DNA of 64,000 nucleotides from Candidatus Latescibacterota bacterium (GCA_965198115.1 OZ240241.1:6400001-6464000); one strand, 5' to 3'; shown: positions 40,398 through 51,976, counted from the first letter of the stretch. Program-made: numbers and translations. Notes: generated by a model from the letters alone, not told the origin.

Positions 40398-41399
40398 TCA
40401 TCTCAGGTCGACTTCTCCCTGCTTCCCATCGCGTACGGCGAGGTAGACGGCCTCGGTGACGCGCATCGTGTTGACGCAGTCGGCCATACTCGCAACGGGC
40501 TCACGGTCTTCGCGGATGGCCTTCGCGAATTCGATGAGGGTACCTGCATCGCCCGTCAACTCACCGCTGCGCTGATCGCTGTAGTTTTCTGTGAAGGTGT
40601 TTTCTTCCTGCCCGTAGTGCCGAACGCCCCAAAGACCGTCGATGACGACGTAGGTGCCCTGGCCGGTGATCTCGATACGGTCGTAATTACGCCACCAGAT
40701 CCGCTGGCTATTGAGCTGTAAAGAGCCGACGGCTCCGTTCTCGAAGGTGGCCGCCCCCGCGATCGCCACACGGCCCTCAAGTTCCTGGTGCTGGATGTTG
40801 AGGGTCGTGAATTCGCCGCAGAGATGACGGCACAGGTCCAGGTGATGGAGCGCAAAGTCCATCACGTAGGCGTGTACCGGCGTGTCGTAGCCCATTCCCC
40901 TCACTTCGTTGTAGGCGCCGCTGCAGAATGAGCACAGGATTTGCGAGATCGGGCCGAATTCCGGGGATTGTATGATCTCGAGTGCCTGCGTGACACCGTA
41001 GCTGAAGCGGCGCTGGACGTTGACCATCAGGATCCGATTGCTTTTGCGAGCGAGGTCGGCGAGGGCGTTGGCCTCTCTCGTGTCCAAAGCGGGGGGCTTG
41101 GGTACGAGTACGTGAAGGCCAGCTTCGAGACAATCGGCGACGATCGGCCCACGGGGTTTTGGATGCGTCTGGACGATGGCGGCTTCGAGCGATTCGTTCT
41201 CCAGCATCTGACGGTAGTCGGTGTAGGGTTTGCCGCCGAATGTGTGCGAGACGTGGGTGAGGCGTTCCTGATCGACGTCGCACACGGCGATCGGTTGGAG
41301 TGGCGCGAAATGGAGCGAGGGGTAGATCTGCCACGTGGCCATCGAACCGGCGCCGATGAAGCCGAGACGTATTGGGAGATCGTTTGATGCGATGGTCAT
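40398..41399 (-). CDS. Gfo/Idh/MocA oxidoreductase
   Basis: GFIGAG, VPKPPA (EKP-like), ALHHLD. Confidence 0.85.
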   Translation of the reverse strand: MTIASNDLPIRLGFIGAGSMATWQIYPSLHFAPLQPIAVCDVDQERLTHVSHTFGGKPYTDYRQMLENESLEAAIVQTHPKPRGPIVADCLEAGLHVLVPKPPALDTREANALADLARKSNRILMVNVQRRFSYGVTQALEIIQSPEFGPISQILCSFCSGAYNEVRGMGYDTPVHAYVMDFALHHLDLCRHLCGEFTTLNIQHQELEGRVAIAGAATFENGAVGSLQLNSQRIWWRNYDRIEITGQGTYVVIDGLWGVRHYGQEENTFTENYSDQRSGELTGDAGTLIEFAKAIREDREPVASMADCVNTMRVTEAVYLAVRDGKQGEVDLR

Positions 41400-41696
41400 T
41401 GCTCAGGTATCAAGAAGAACTTTGGACCACGGAACACACGGAATACACGGACGGGGAGATCGACAAGGGAGGTGGCCCTGTTCGGGGATGACGCTCGGTG
41501 GCAGCTCCGCGGACGGGAAAAGATGACCACGAAAAACACGAAAGGGTGGCTGTGAAGACATCCGAGACCCTATTCGGGGACGGGATCGGGTGGAGACCCT
41601 ACGTTCGACGGGCTGGGGACCACGAGAAACCTGTCTGCGCAGAGCTTCTGCGGGCAGGCAGGAAGTAACGAACAGTGCTGTGTGTGGCCTAACGTC

Positions 41697-42113
41697 TCAG
41701 GAGAGGCCGACGCCGGGCCACTGATCGCTGCTGGCAGTGACGTCGATGGTGATTCCGTCGGGGTCCTCGACTTTGAAGGCGCCCTCTTCGAGGTTGTTGA
41801 CGTCCACGGGCACATTTCCGCCGAGGCCGTCTGAGAAGATTTCGTAACCCATATCGAGCAGGCGTTGAGCGGCCTGTTCGAGGTTGGGTACGCAGATGCC
41901 GATGTGAAGGTAGTCGAGCATTCCGCTGACGTGGTCGGGTCGTTCGGGACCGTTGTGCTGGAAGACGCGGAAGTTGTGATGACCATCGCTGAGGTCGTAG
42001 GATTGATCCCCTGGCTCGTTGACGACGGGGAGTTCGAGACCGTCACGCCAGAACCGGATGGTTTTGTCGATGTCGGTTGCGCGGACACCGATGTGAACGA
42101 GTGTTCCTGACAT
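41697..42113 (-). CDS. VOC/glyoxalase family protein
   Basis: HIGVRATD, HIGICV, EDPDGITID. Confidence 0.85.
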   Translation of the reverse strand: MSGTLVHIGVRATDIDKTIRFWRDGLELPVVNEPGDQSYDLSDGHHNFRVFQHNGPERPDHVSGMLDYLHIGICVPNLEQAAQRLLDMGYEIFSDGLGGNVPVDVNNLEEGAFKVEDPDGITIDVTASSDQWPGVGLS

Positions 42114-42235
42114 TTTAGACCTCCTGTGTTTGGTGGTTCCCACCTCCGCGGAAGGGCGGCTTCCTCTCGACTTCGCTCGAGATAGGCTCCGGGTAGGTGG
42201 TGTTCAGGAAGAACATAAACAGATAGGCTCGAGGA

Positions 42236-43699
42236 CTAAAGGTAAACGTGAACGGCGATGTCATCGATGAATCCTGGCAGCTGGACCCATAGCTCGCCCT
42301 GCCGGATCTCGAACTTCTCGGTGCCAAGCGATCCCGATGCCGGGGAGAATGTTTCCACCGTATACTCTCCATCGGCGACATTCAGCCCGGCGACTCGAAG
42401 CTCCTGATAATCATAGTGCCGTCCTTGGACATCGGTTGCGGAAGAACAGTAGACGACAGCCTCCTGTGTTGAAGACAAGACGTACTGGTGATCGCCTGGC
42501 CCGGTCGTGATGTTTCCTCCGAACCAGAGGCTGCCGTAATCGATCAGACTGTTCCAGAACTCACGCAAGTGGGGCGCGGTTTCCTCAAAATTGTTGACGC
42601 CTTGTGGGTCGTAGTTCACGAAGTAACCGAATCCATCCTTGTCGCCCTTCGTGTAGAAATCCATCTGCTGGCATTTCGCCATCGTGAACTTCCAGAAATA
42701 CTTCCGCATTGCCACGGGATCGGCCTTGTCGTAGCGGTATTTCAACCTATTGTCGTCCCAGGCTTCCTGCGGTATGTAGGCTTTCCGATATTGTCGCCGC
42801 CACGCTACCGCGTTTTCCACGGTGTGGTGTTTGCCATAGATGATCGTGTTGAAGACGGGGTGTGCGTAAATCCGGTCCTGTTCATCGTCGGACAGGCCAC
42901 CCGTGTCGAAACCGATGATGAACTGTTTGGATGTCCGTTCGGCCCAGTGGGATCGCATCGTTTCCGCCATTTCAACGATCCACTGGCGGGTCTTCGGCCA
43001 GTCCCGGCGGTGCTCGGCGATTTCGTGAACCAGATCGAAGTAGACATTGTCCAGGTCGAACGTCGTGTCGATCACTTTTTCGAAATACGCCTTTTGTGCA
43101 CCGACGAGCTCCACTTTCCCGTCGGTCACCGAGTGGTAGATCGCGTATCTGTTTTCGAGATCGGGGCCTAAATGCGTGGTGAAGTCGTTGCAGTTGACCT
43201 GGGGGTTGAAGAAATGCCCTGGCCAGTTGATCTCGCCGTTCGTTCCCGGGGATGTGTCTGGCGCGCGCAATTGCCATCCATTCCACACCAGCAAGTGGAC
43301 GATGATCCCCCTGCTCTGCAGGAATTCCAGCTGTTCTCGAAATCGTGACCAGAATCGCTCGTCGAACTGGGCAAGATCGAATCTGCGGCTACAGGGTTCA
43401 GTTTCCCGGTATGGGAAGAGACATTTGGCGACATCACCGCCGTTCATCTCAGTCGTCTTTACGATGTGTTTCCAGCTGAGCGGGAGATAGGCTCGGATGT
43501 GGTTCATTCCGTGATCGGCCAACCACGTTGCCCACCGTTTGTAGTCGTAGGCATCCTCGTTCAAGTAAAACGTGACGTCCGCCATTCCGCCAAAGGACAG
43601 CAGCGGCTTCCCATTGTGCAGGAAGTGTGCGCGCTCGGTTCCTGCTTCGGTGATTTCCAGTCCGGCTCGGGCCTGTTGTATCATTTTGTCTGCATCCAA
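42236..43699 (-). CDS. Hypothetical TIM-barrel/GH-like protein with C-terminal beta-sandwich
   Basis: 487-aa ORF; GMNHIR, FDLVHE, C-terminal DIAVHV. Confidence 0.55.
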   Translation of the reverse strand: MDADKMIQQARAGLEITEAGTERAHFLHNGKPLLSFGGMADVTFYLNEDAYDYKRWATWLADHGMNHIRAYLPLSWKHIVKTTEMNGGDVAKCLFPYRETEPCSRRFDLAQFDERFWSRFREQLEFLQSRGIIVHLLVWNGWQLRAPDTSPGTNGEINWPGHFFNPQVNCNDFTTHLGPDLENRYAIYHSVTDGKVELVGAQKAYFEKVIDTTFDLDNVYFDLVHEIAEHRRDWPKTRQWIVEMAETMRSHWAERTSKQFIIGFDTGGLSDDEQDRIYAHPVFNTIIYGKHHTVENAVAWRRQYRKAYIPQEAWDDNRLKYRYDKADPVAMRKYFWKFTMAKCQQMDFYTKGDKDGFGYFVNYDPQGVNNFEETAPHLREFWNSLIDYGSLWFGGNITTGPGDHQYVLSSTQEAVVYCSSATDVQGRHYDYQELRVAGLNVADGEYTVETFSPASGSLGTEKFEIRQGELWVQLPGFIDDIAVHVYL

Positions 43700-43723
43700 A
43701 GTGGAGTCAGAGAACGGGCTGAC

Positions 43724-44340
43724 TCATCGAAAGCCTTTCCGAGCCCGTATACACACGAAAGATGGGCGCGTCGAGAGGCGGTCATAAGTCTCGGGATGCG
43801 CTGCTCTGCAAGCTTCGACAGGACGGGGTTCCGCCAGTGTGTCCAGTCGAAATCCACTCTTGATGAGCGGATTCAGAATGGCGTCAATCGGCCGTCGATA
43901 ATAGGGGATGACGGTGTCAAAGCTCGGGAATCGCTCCTCGATGAGTTCAGTTTCGAAATAGCTGCCACCGTGTTTGGTGTAGTCGTGTGCGGGGTGGCCG
44001 AGGGAAAACAGGAGCGTGCCACCCACTTCGAGCACCCTGGAAAACTCGGCGAATACGGAGGCGAGAGCCTCGACGTGGTCCAACGCAAGCGCACAGACGA
44101 CGATGTCGACGCACTCGCCATCGAGGAAGTCCAGGGGGTCGATCAAGTTGTGAACTCTGACTTCGGCTTTTCCATCGAGCCGATCGGCGGCGGTCGCGAA
44201 ATCTTCGGGCTGGCGTCGAACGAAACGACGTTCACTCCTTGGTTCACCAACCACTCCGAGTAGTATCCCGAACCGCATCCAGGGCTTGAAGCCCCTTCAC
44301 GTCGGGCATCAATTCGACCATACACGGTCGTTCGCAGTAG
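43724..44340 (-). pseudogene. Class I SAM-dependent methyltransferase, frameshifted
   Basis: GCGSGYYSEWL...FDASP in one frame, ALALDHV...FSRVLEVGG in another. Confidence 0.7.
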
Positions 44341-44444
44341 GCGTTGTGTGCCGACTGCTGCGCGTGCGGTTCGTATCAATCCGCGATCTGATCGTATGAT
44401 TCGACGGTGCGCTGGTACGTGCGAGTGTCCATTCGTGGTCCCCT

Positions 44445-45422
44445 CTACAGCAAGTAACCCTTCGCTTGCATCGTCCGGGTTGACATCCAGTCGAAGGCAG
44501 GATGTTCGCCTGGCAGGAGAAGGCCTACGATCTTCTTCGAGAGGGCCTCTGCCGTATCGCTTCGCCACGTGTTCGTCAGGATAGCTACGCCAGATCGCCT
44601 CGCACGTGACCATATCACCAGGTTCGTGAACTGTCCCCGGCCGTGGTGCCAATACCATACCTCATTCGTATCAACCGACTTCTCGATGCCCCGGCCCAGC
44701 GACCAGCCAATGCCCCCATCGAGCTCGACCTGAGGAGTCAGCATCGTCTCGACAACCGAGGTGGCCGTTCTCGACGAACCCATCAGGTTCGCGACGAAAC
44801 GTAGGATATCGATCGGTGTCGCGTAGAGGCTGGCCGCGGCGTTGGGGAAGGCGTGAATGCGTTTCGGACCCGATCGATCGGTCGGCCGATCCTCCAGATC
44901 GTGACCCGACGCCGCCAGCTTCTCGAAGTTCGACCGCCAGATGTAACTCGCGCTCGTCATCCCGAGAGGATCGAACAGCTCGCTTCGGGCGAGCTTGTCG
45001 AGGTCCTGGCCTGACAGATGTTCGACAACGCGCTGGAGCCAGAAGTAGCCTTCGCCCGAGTAGAGAAAGCGCTCGCCTGGCGCCGCCACGGGTTCAAAGC
45101 CTTCCCGAACCACCCCGCCTCCCTTCAGCCGTTCGGTCAGATCCGGATACCAGTTCGGGAGCCCACCGGTATGACAGAGCACCTGCCTGGCCGTGATGTT
45201 CTGAAAAGGAGGTGGCAGATCGATGAAGCGACTCAGGGCAGTGCCGAGGTCGAGATCTCCCTGGTCGCAGAGCGAGAGGGCGAGGAAGGCGGAGACAGGT
45301 TTGCTGATCGAGCACGTGTGGAAGATCGTTTCGTCGGTAACGGGCAGTTGCGTGATAGTGTTCGTTACGCCGAAGCTGCCCGTTGTGGAGACCTTGCCGT
45401 CTTCGACGAGTGCGATTCCCAA
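44445..45422 (-). CDS. Serine hydrolase (beta-lactamase family)
   Basis: SISK, HTGG, YSGEG, WHHG; frame is open to ~45494. Confidence 0.8.
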   Translation of the reverse strand: MGIALVEDGKVSTTGSFGVTNTITQLPVTDETIFHTCSISKPVSAFLALSLCDQGDLDLGTALSRFIDLPPPFQNITARQVLCHTGGLPNWYPDLTERLKGGGVVREGFEPVAAPGERFLYSGEGYFWLQRVVEHLSGQDLDKLARSELFDPLGMTSASYIWRSNFEKLAASGHDLEDRPTDRSGPKRIHAFPNAAASLYATPIDILRFVANLMGSSRTATSVVETMLTPQVELDGGIGWSLGRGIEKSVDTNEVWYWHHGRGQFTNLVIWSRARRSGVAILTNTWRSDTAEALSKKIVGLLLPGEHPAFDWMSTRTMQAKGYLL

Positions 45423-45495
45423 GCCGGGGATCCCAGACGCCGAAAACAGCTCCCCGATCCGGTTTTCCAGATAGTTCTGCGGTCGCGCGGACAGA

Positions 45496-46479
45496 TCAGG
45501 CTCCCTCTCGATACAGCTTTCGGATAACGTCTTCGATGTCGGGTTCCCGCACGGACACGTCGTGGATCTCGAATCGACTCGACAGGTCGGCGATCAGGGC
45601 GGATGCACTGACCTCACGCCGATCGAATCGGATGCGGATGTGTTCATCGTGTGTCTCTATGACTTCGGCTGACGGATAGTCGTAATTTGAGAGATCGCTG
45701 ACTGCGCCTTCGACCAGCAAGTATCTGTAGGGGGCGATTCCATCGACGAGGTTCTGAAGCGGCCCGTCGGCGATGATGCGTCCCTTGTTGATCACGATGA
45801 CCCGATGGCACAATTCCTCCACGTCGCCAAGGTCGTGGGTCGTCAACAGGATGGTCGTCTGTTGAACGCGGTTAATGTCCTGGATAAATGTCCGGATAGC
45901 GGCTTTGACTTCGACGTCCATCCCGATGGTCGGTTCGTCTAGAAACAGGATGGAGGGCGAATGAATCATCGCGGCTGCCAGCTCTCCCCGCATTCGCTGG
46001 CCGAGCGACAGCTGGCGGACCGGAATGTCCATCAGATCCGCGATTCCGACGACGTCGGACAACATCTCGATGCTTTGGGCGAACTGGTCTTCGGATATTC
46101 GGTAAATTCGCCTGATGAGCTCGAACGACTCGCCGAGTCGGAGGTCCCAGAACAGCTGCGTGCGCTGTCCGAAGACGACACCGATGTTGCCTACGACAGC
46201 CTTTCTGTCGTCCTGCGGCGATATGCCGTCGATCGAAATGCTGCCCGACGTAGGATACAGAATTCCCGAGAGCATTTTGATGGTCGTGCTTTTGCCGGCA
46301 CCGTTCGGTCCAATGAAGCCGACGATCTCACCACGTTCGATCTCGAAATTCACGTCGATGACTGCTTCGATTTCTTCCCGGTCCGGTTTCACCAGTCCCT
46401 TAAAGGCGCCGGACAGACCCTTCTGTTTCTTTGTGATCCGATAGGTTTTGCAGACGTTCTGGAGTCCAATCAGTGCCAA
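45496..46479 (-). CDS. ABC-2 exporter ATP-binding subunit
   Basis: GPNGAGKST, LSLGQ, FLDEPT; TTG start behind GGAGG. Confidence 0.9.
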   Translation of the reverse strand: MALIGLQNVCKTYRITKKQKGLSGAFKGLVKPDREEIEAVIDVNFEIERGEIVGFIGPNGAGKSTTIKMLSGILYPTSGSISIDGISPQDDRKAVVGNIGVVFGQRTQLFWDLRLGESFELIRRIYRISEDQFAQSIEMLSDVVGIADLMDIPVRQLSLGQRMRGELAAAMIHSPSILFLDEPTIGMDVEVKAAIRTFIQDINRVQQTTILLTTHDLGDVEELCHRVIVINKGRIIADGPLQNLVDGIAPYRYLLVEGAVSDLSNYDYPSAEVIETHDEHIRIRFDRREVSASALIADLSSRFEIHDVSVREPDIEDVIRKLYREGA

Positions 46480-46493
46480 CGTTCTGCCTCCTG

Positions 46494-47309
46494 CTATGAT
46501 CCTGCACTCTCGTAGTTGCGTAATCCCTTGCGGAACAATGCCATCGCGATCGAGAACATCACGATCCCAACGAGGGGTGTCCAGAGGGCGATGTCGAGGG
46601 GCAGGGACGAGCGGTCGTTTTGCCCCAGGAAATCGCAGGCCGGATAGAAGCTGATGAATCCGATGGGCAGGATGAAGGTCATGATCATCTGTAGCGCCCA
46701 GGGGTAGATCGTCAGAGGATAGAAGGTCCCCCTCGACAGGACTTCCATACTGGAATCGACTAGGGGTTGGCTTCGTTTCGTCCAAAATGCCACACTGCTG
46801 ATGATCGTGAAGTAGGACCAGTAGATAAACGATGCGCCGACGATCACGAGACAGACCTGGGCGAAGTTGGACAGCGTCCAGGCGAAGTGCGCGAGGTGCG
46901 CGCCATAGAGGAAGTAGCCGAGACCGATCGTCAGGTGAACGAACCCGACCACGTTGATTCGGTTGATGGCGAACTGGAACGCCACCCCCATCGGTCTCAC
47001 AAGGAGCCGGTCGAACTCGCCGTGCGTGACGTATCGATCGATCTGTCTGGACTGGAAGGAGATGATGGACATCACGCCGCGGCTGGTCAGTCCGAGTCCA
47101 TACAGGAACACCAGCTGTGGAAAGGTCCATCCGGACAGGGGCTGGAAATTGTCGACGAGCAGCTTGAGCGAGACACCGATCCATATGTAGGTGAATCCCA
47201 ACGAGAACGTGATGCCCACCAACGAAAACGGGTATTCCAGCACGCGCTGAACGGCGAACCTCACGTAGATCGAGGCGACGGACCAATGGTGACCGATGGT
47301 GTTGATCAT
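46494..47309 (-). CDS. ABC-2 exporter permease
   Basis: GEFDRLLVRP, YPLTIYP, TM segments. Confidence 0.88.
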   Translation of the reverse strand: MINTIGHHWSVASIYVRFAVQRVLEYPFSLVGITFSLGFTYIWIGVSLKLLVDNFQPLSGWTFPQLVFLYGLGLTSRGVMSIISFQSRQIDRYVTHGEFDRLLVRPMGVAFQFAINRINVVGFVHLTIGLGYFLYGAHLAHFAWTLSNFAQVCLVIVGASFIYWSYFTIISSVAFWTKRSQPLVDSSMEVLSRGTFYPLTIYPWALQMIMTFILPIGFISFYPACDFLGQNDRSSLPLDIALWTPLVGIVMFSIAMALFRKGLRNYESAGS

Positions 47310-47313
47310 CGTC

Positions 47314-48108
47314 TCACCCCCCCTGAACGATCACTCTGCGACGAGCCCTTCGCCACACGAATGACAGGAGGATTGCGAAGCCGAGGATCCAGGCAGCCTG
47401 GATTGCGAGGATCGAAAGGGCATCGATGGGGGGAATTCGACCGATGTAGATTTCGAGCGGTGTCTGATACGTGTACTGAAAGGGCAGATAGCGTGAGGCG
47501 TTTTGAATGAAGTCGGGAAAGAGCCAGAGTGGGATCAGCTGTCCGGAAAGGATACGGATCATCACGTTCTTGATATGGCCGATATTTCCGAATTCGATGA
47601 CCCAGAAGGCTGTAAAACCGACCAGCGCCGAGATCTGCCAAAGCATCCCGTAACTGAGCAGGCAACTCGGGATGAATAAGAGACCCCCGGTCAGGGTTGA
47701 CGGCGCGGGCACCTTGAGCAGCAAGACCGCGATCAGGAGTACGGGGAGACAGAACTTCGTGATCGCAGTGAGCGACTTTCCCAGATCTTCAGCCAGCCAG
47801 AGTAGCGGAAGAGAGACGGGTCGGATGAAGTCGATCGCGATCTGACCTTCACGAATCTTGCCGAGAATCGTGCCGTCGACCGAGATCTGAAACAACGCCC
47901 GCATCAGGACCGATACGATGGCGTAAGTGATCATTTGCTCTTCGACGACACCGCCAACGGCATCGATCCCACGATACGCCGATTTCCAGAGATACACAGT
48001 TCCGAACAGAAAGAACGTGTTGGTGCCGAGAGACGAGAGAAACTCGAAACGGTAGGCCAGACCCTGGAGGATCTGGAGTTTCAGGACGTAGGTGTAGAGG
48101 GCTGTCAT
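47314..48108 (-). CDS. ABC-2 exporter permease
   Basis: IREGQIAIDFIRP, SGQLIPLWLFP, C-terminal VQGG. Confidence 0.88.
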   Translation of the reverse strand: MTALYTYVLKLQILQGLAYRFEFLSSLGTNTFFLFGTVYLWKSAYRGIDAVGGVVEEQMITYAIVSVLMRALFQISVDGTILGKIREGQIAIDFIRPVSLPLLWLAEDLGKSLTAITKFCLPVLLIAVLLLKVPAPSTLTGGLLFIPSCLLSYGMLWQISALVGFTAFWVIEFGNIGHIKNVMIRILSGQLIPLWLFPDFIQNASRYLPFQYTYQTPLEIYIGRIPPIDALSILAIQAAWILGFAILLSFVWRRARRRVIVQGG

Positions 48109-48449
48109 TGGGAAGGTAGCGTGCCGGCGCCAGCTTCGCTGAGAGGTGAAGATTTGTCATCCCGGCAGGCGTTTGAGCCGGGACCCATTTTTCGCCCCAC
48201 GTTTGCTGTGCGCGATGTGGCAGAATGGACCCCGGCTAAGAAGCGTACCGGGGCGACAAGCGTGTGCCTTCGTTTAACGTTGGTTCGAGTTTCACAAGGG
48301 CAACCTCGCCTTCTCACGATAGTGAGACCATCTCCGAGGGCCCATTGTTTCCTTATGCAATCGCTAATGATTTAGACCCATTCGAGCGCGAGTTGGTTGG
48401 TGGAACGAAAGCAAGAGAACAATGCAATAAATGCAGCGCCTGATTTCCG

Positions 48450-48965
48450 TCACTCGCATCGTACCAAGCGACGAATCTCCGCGCAAAGAGCTTCCTTGCC
48501 GTCCATGTAGGCCTGGCGATCGTTGTCGTGTCTCTCGCAGAACTCCCACTTGAGATCGCTCAGTCGACGAACGTAGTCCGGGTTCTGACGAAGAAAATCG
48601 CGGAAGGCGAGATGGCGCTTCAGTTCAGGGCTGGATTCGGGACAGACGTAGGGATGGTGCTTCTGCAGGCTGACTTTGAGATCGCGATCGGACAGGTCGA
48701 AAGCATCATGCGCCGGGATACCGAGGTCACCCTGATGGAAGTAGCCGAGCGTTGCCATCAGATCGATCGCGTTCTGGAGCGTGTCGTCTGGAATGACGAT
48801 GTCGAGATCGATGATCGGCTTGGCCGTCATTCCAGGGACGGAGGTGCTGCCGATGTGTTCGATCGATAGGACGTGCCCTTCGAGCTTTGACATCAGGCGT
48901 GTTTGCAGCGTCTCGAACCAGACGGGCCACGCATCGTTGTAGCGTTCAACGAGGGTGACGGGCAC
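48450..48965 (-). CDS. GrpB family nucleotidyltransferase-fold protein
   Basis: IEHIGSTSVPGMTAKPIIDLD, HLAFRDFLR. Confidence 0.88.
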   Translation of the reverse strand: MPVTLVERYNDAWPVWFETLQTRLMSKLEGHVLSIEHIGSTSVPGMTAKPIIDLDIVIPDDTLQNAIDLMATLGYFHQGDLGIPAHDAFDLSDRDLKVSLQKHHPYVCPESSPELKRHLAFRDFLRQNPDYVRRLSDLKWEFCERHDNDRQAYMDGKEALCAEIRRLVRCE

Positions 48966-48972
48966 GCGCGTC

Positions 48973-49722
48973 CTACGCCAACTCGTCGATGACAAATCTG
49001 CGGAACAGCTGTTTTTCGCGTTCGGACAAACCGTCGAACACGGACCGCGGAATGGGATGTGCATCGACGCGCTCGCGGGTATACCAGTTCCGCATAAAGC
49101 TGGTCACGGCGACCGGGCGCGGGGTGTCCGTCTGGTTAGGAGATCCGCGATGGAGGCATCGAGGGTCACGGATGAGCACGTCTCCGACGTTCATCAAGAG
49201 TGGCGTGAGAGGCATTTCGCCAGCTTCGATCCTGGTGATCGTTTCTGCTTTAGGGAGGCGATGCGTCGCCTCTGCGATTTGGAAAGGACCGCGTTCGGGT
49301 GTGACGTCGACATAGGGCCAGTTCATCGCGAGCAACGCGGGTGGGTGAGAGAGATCGGGCTCCTCGTCAAACAGCAGACCCAGGTCCGAGTGGATCTCTT
49401 GGTGAACCGAGTCTTTGAAGGGGGTATCGGATGCGAACTGATCGATGATGACGCGCTCGCCCAGGATCTCGGAGACGATGGTGAAGACGTCATCATCATC
49501 GAAGATCGCGGGGTTGTAGAGTGGGGGCTTCAGGGGAAGCGGGATGTAGTGCCGATTGGGGCCCCGGTTCGGGTTGTCGGCGTGCTCGGTAAGATAGGCC
49601 TCGGCGATGGTCTCGAACTCGATTCGGCAGGCTTCGATAGCATTGACTGGAAAGTGGGCGCGAAGGACGCAGTAGCCGATTTCACGGATCTGTTGGACGC
49701 AGGCTGTGGTGTCGATGCTCAC
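48973..49722 (-). CDS. PhyH-family dioxygenase
   Basis: QEIHSD, GDVLIRDPRCLHRG. Confidence 0.82.
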   Translation of the reverse strand: MSIDTTACVQQIREIGYCVLRAHFPVNAIEACRIEFETIAEAYLTEHADNPNRGPNRHYIPLPLKPPLYNPAIFDDDDVFTIVSEILGERVIIDQFASDTPFKDSVHQEIHSDLGLLFDEEPDLSHPPALLAMNWPYVDVTPERGPFQIAEATHRLPKAETITRIEAGEMPLTPLLMNVGDVLIRDPRCLHRGSPNQTDTPRPVAVTSFMRNWYTRERVDAHPIPRSVFDGLSEREKQLFRRFVIDELA

Positions 49723-50138
49723 GGCAAGTGGTCCTCACCGAGATCCCAGATGCCGGGCGACGTGATCTCCAGGCTGTTGCCCGAAGGGTCGCGGAAGTAG
49801 ATCGATCGACTGCCTTGCCATTCGATTTCCTTCTCGATGGTCACGCCACGCGCAGACAGATGCTCCTTCCAGCCATCGATTTCCAGATCTCTCACGGCAA
49901 ATGCGACGTGTCCAGCGCCTTCTGCCCCGTGCGCGGGCGCGTCCTGGGATCCGTCGAGTGGATGGGTTGTCACGCTGGCGTTGAAGAGCAGGAGCATTCG
50001 CCGACCGCATTGAAAGAAGAGGTGACGATCGGGCGCTTTGGCGTGAAGTTCGAGGCCGAGAATCTCAGTGTAGAATTCCTCGGCTGCTTCGATGTCGGTC
50101 ACGTAAAGCGAGGATTCGAGAAGCTCAGTGAGGTTCAT
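49719..50138 (-). CDS. VOC/glyoxalase family protein
   Basis: LESSLYV, GHVAF, YFRDPSGNSLE. Confidence 0.88.
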   Translation of the reverse strand: MNLTELLESSLYVTDIEAAEEFYTEILGLELHAKAPDRHLFFQCGRRMLLLFNASVTTHPLDGSQDAPAHGAEGAGHVAFAVRDLEIDGWKEHLSARGVTIEKEIEWQGSRSIYFRDPSGNSLEITSPGIWDLGEDHLP

Positions 50139-50169
50139 AATCTATCGCAAGTTTTCATCTACGGTGTGT

Positions 50170-51730
50170 TCACCGGCGCCGGCGCCGCCTGTCCTCACGA
50201 TCTGGGTCCGGTCCGGCATACGGTGCGTGCTCGAACCGGCAGGGCTCCTCGACGACGCGGGGATCATCCTGCTCCCTCAAGAGGGCCATCAGCCGATCGT
50301 AGTGCTCCTTCTTGGGGACGTCGTATTCCGGGTCGTCAGCCAGGTTGTTCATGTAGTGCGGGTCGACCCGCAGGTCGTAGAACTCCTCCTGAGGTCGCTT
50401 ACCGAAAACCGAGATCGAAGGCGCGCTGGACGTTGGCTTCCGCACGATGATGAATCAGCCACGCCTTCGTGGGGCTGGCGTCCAGGTCGGGGTACGCAGC
50501 GTAGGTTACCTGCTCGATCTCTTCCCAGGATGGGGGTTCGGCGTTCGGGTCGTCCAGACCGTTGGGATTGCCCGCAGGCCAGCGATCGGGGGCGAAGTTG
50601 TGGACGTAGAGGAAGTCCTGCGTCCGAATCGCACGCTGGGGATACGGCAGGTTGCCGTCACGGGCGACGGAAACGTGACGTTCGCGCCCGGTGACGACAA
50701 GGGTGCGATCGGGATCGATCTGGCCGCTCGCCTCGCTCCGGAAGACGGGGAGCAGGCTCTTGCCGGTCATTGTGTCGGGAATCGGGACCTCTGCTGCTTC
50801 CATAAATGTAGGGGCGAGGTCCATCAGGTTGACGAAGTCGTCGATAACGCGGTCCGGCGGGATGTGTCCCGGCCATCGTGCGGCCATTGCGACTTCGCAG
50901 CCGATGTCGTAGAGGTTGCACTTGGCACGAGGGAAACCGGGGATGCCGTGGTCTCCGCTGACGACGATGAGTGTGTTGTCGAGTTCCCCGATTGCTTCGA
51001 GTCGCTCGAGGATGACGCCGAGCCCTCCGTCAAAGGCCATACACTCGCCGAGGTAGTCGGCGACGTCCTCGCGGATGTCGTGGACGTCGGGTAGGAATTC
51101 GGGGAGTCGGCCCTTCAGATCGTCAGGTTCGAGCCCCCACAAACCCTTGCCTGATCCTTTCTGCCACTTCCGATGCGTGTTCGTCGGACCCCACCAATAA
51201 CAGAAGGGAGCGCCCTCCGGTCTTGCTTCGAGGAACGCGTTGAAGTTTTGGCGCGTCTCATCGTAGAGCTCTTCTTTCGCGGCTTCGACGCCAACCTCTT
51301 CAGCTCGCTCCGTCGCACGAAACGAAAACTGGCTGAAGCGTGTTCCAGCAGATTCGTAGGCGGTCCGTTCTGCGCCGTAGGGCGCATTTCTGGTCTCACC
51401 AGGTGACCAGACTTTGTAGGTGTAGCCGATGTGATAGCCGGCCTTCTCGAACTCGAGCGGATAGGTGGGGATCGATTCGTCCCATCGGGCACCGGCGAGA
51501 ATGGCTCCCATTCCCGTTTGCCAGAAGTACTGCCCGGAGAGGATCGAGCTGCGACAAGGAGTACAGCTGGGTGCGGGGACGAACGTGTTCGTGAAGATGG
51601 CACCTTCGCGGGCAACGCGATCGAAGTTTGGCGTATCGATCAATGCGTTGAGAGAATTGGGCCTTTCGAACTGTTCGTAAGCGCTGGCGTAGCGACCCCA
51701 ATCGTCGGCGAAGGCGAAGACAATGTTCAT
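50170..51730 (-). CDS. Sulfatase (N-sulfoglucosamine sulfohydrolase-like), frameshift near the C-terminus
   Basis: FADDWG, CTPCRSS, GDHG, GRERH; continues [11 protein letters not shown] in ORF 50170-50445. Confidence 0.85.
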
Positions 51731-51976
51731 CGGAGACCCTTCAGTGACCAGTGACAGGTGACCATTGACCCGTGACCAGAGTTAGTGGGCAGATGACCAG
51801 AGGACAGAAAGACAGATGACAGAAATCAATGTCATTCCGGTAGGACTTTGAGAGCCCGCCCCGGCTTGTCTCTGGCCGGGGGATCCATTTTACACCGCAT
51901 TCCACGAAGATCAAAGTGGACCCTCCCTCACGTTCGTTCGGGACAGGCTCTCAAGGGTACCGGGGTGACAGTATTC

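Noticed and set aside
45496-47286. 596-aa ABC ORF and other long N-terminal extensions (37192-39522, 51977-54184, 54900-55478)
   Set aside because: The extensions overlap real genes or repeats; RBS-supported internal starts were used instead
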